From Neocallimastix sp. 'constans' (lineage: Eukaryota), in assembly GCA_050613775.1 (NCBI GenBank), contig JBODTK010000131.1:248001-312000 (forward strand): 64,000 nt of DNA. The letters run 5' to 3'. A program made the translations under genes and the position numbers. Positions 63,842-64,000 of this stretch are shown one piece after another (position 1 is the stretch's first letter; every line of letters begins with the position of its first letter). The notes under the pieces were generated by a model. The model was given only the letters and a program-made list of their open reading frames with translations, was not told the origin of the DNA and searched no databases.

Positions 63842-64000
63842 TGTTAGAATATGTGAAATAAACATGAAATATACGTTAAATGTATTGAAATGTATTTGTT
63901 ATATATGTAATGTATGAGCCACAATGTATTAATATAAAAACATGTAAATTTATTAAATTTAAATATTCGCAGCTCTTTATCATAAAATATATTAATAAAG
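63842..64000 (+). mobile_element. Start of a Copia-type LTR running off the window
   Basis: TGTTAGAATATGTGAAA is identical to the LTR start at 57721 (-). Contains TATAAAAACATGTAA. Confidence 0.65.

Overview
This is an extremely AT-rich eukaryotic window packed with transposons. Composition, ankyrin expansions and CBM18 repeats suggest an anaerobic gut fungus (Neocallimastigomycota); that is an inference. Mobile content: a near-complete Ty1/Copia gag-pol (2157-7196), nested decayed Copia and Gypsy elements with solo LTRs, two Mutator-like (MULE) transposons and a 5'-truncated LINE. Host-like content: two ankyrin-repeat genes plus remnants, an orphan 152-aa ORF present twice in inverted orientation, and a minus-strand Glu-rich gene with five CBM18 chitin-binding domains. 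Three observations stand out. (1) The CBM18 gene has an array of eleven 3-nt micro-exons (51275-52767), each framed by AG and GT and spaced about 140 bp apart, which join in phase between a signal-peptide-like first exon and the large exon. (2) The Copia primer-binding site is complementary to the 5' half of tRNA-Lys(CUU), in the same register as half-tRNA-primed elements. (3) A Helitron-like repeat appears to carry ankyrin genes. Coordinates were read by eye; boundaries of decayed elements are approximate.
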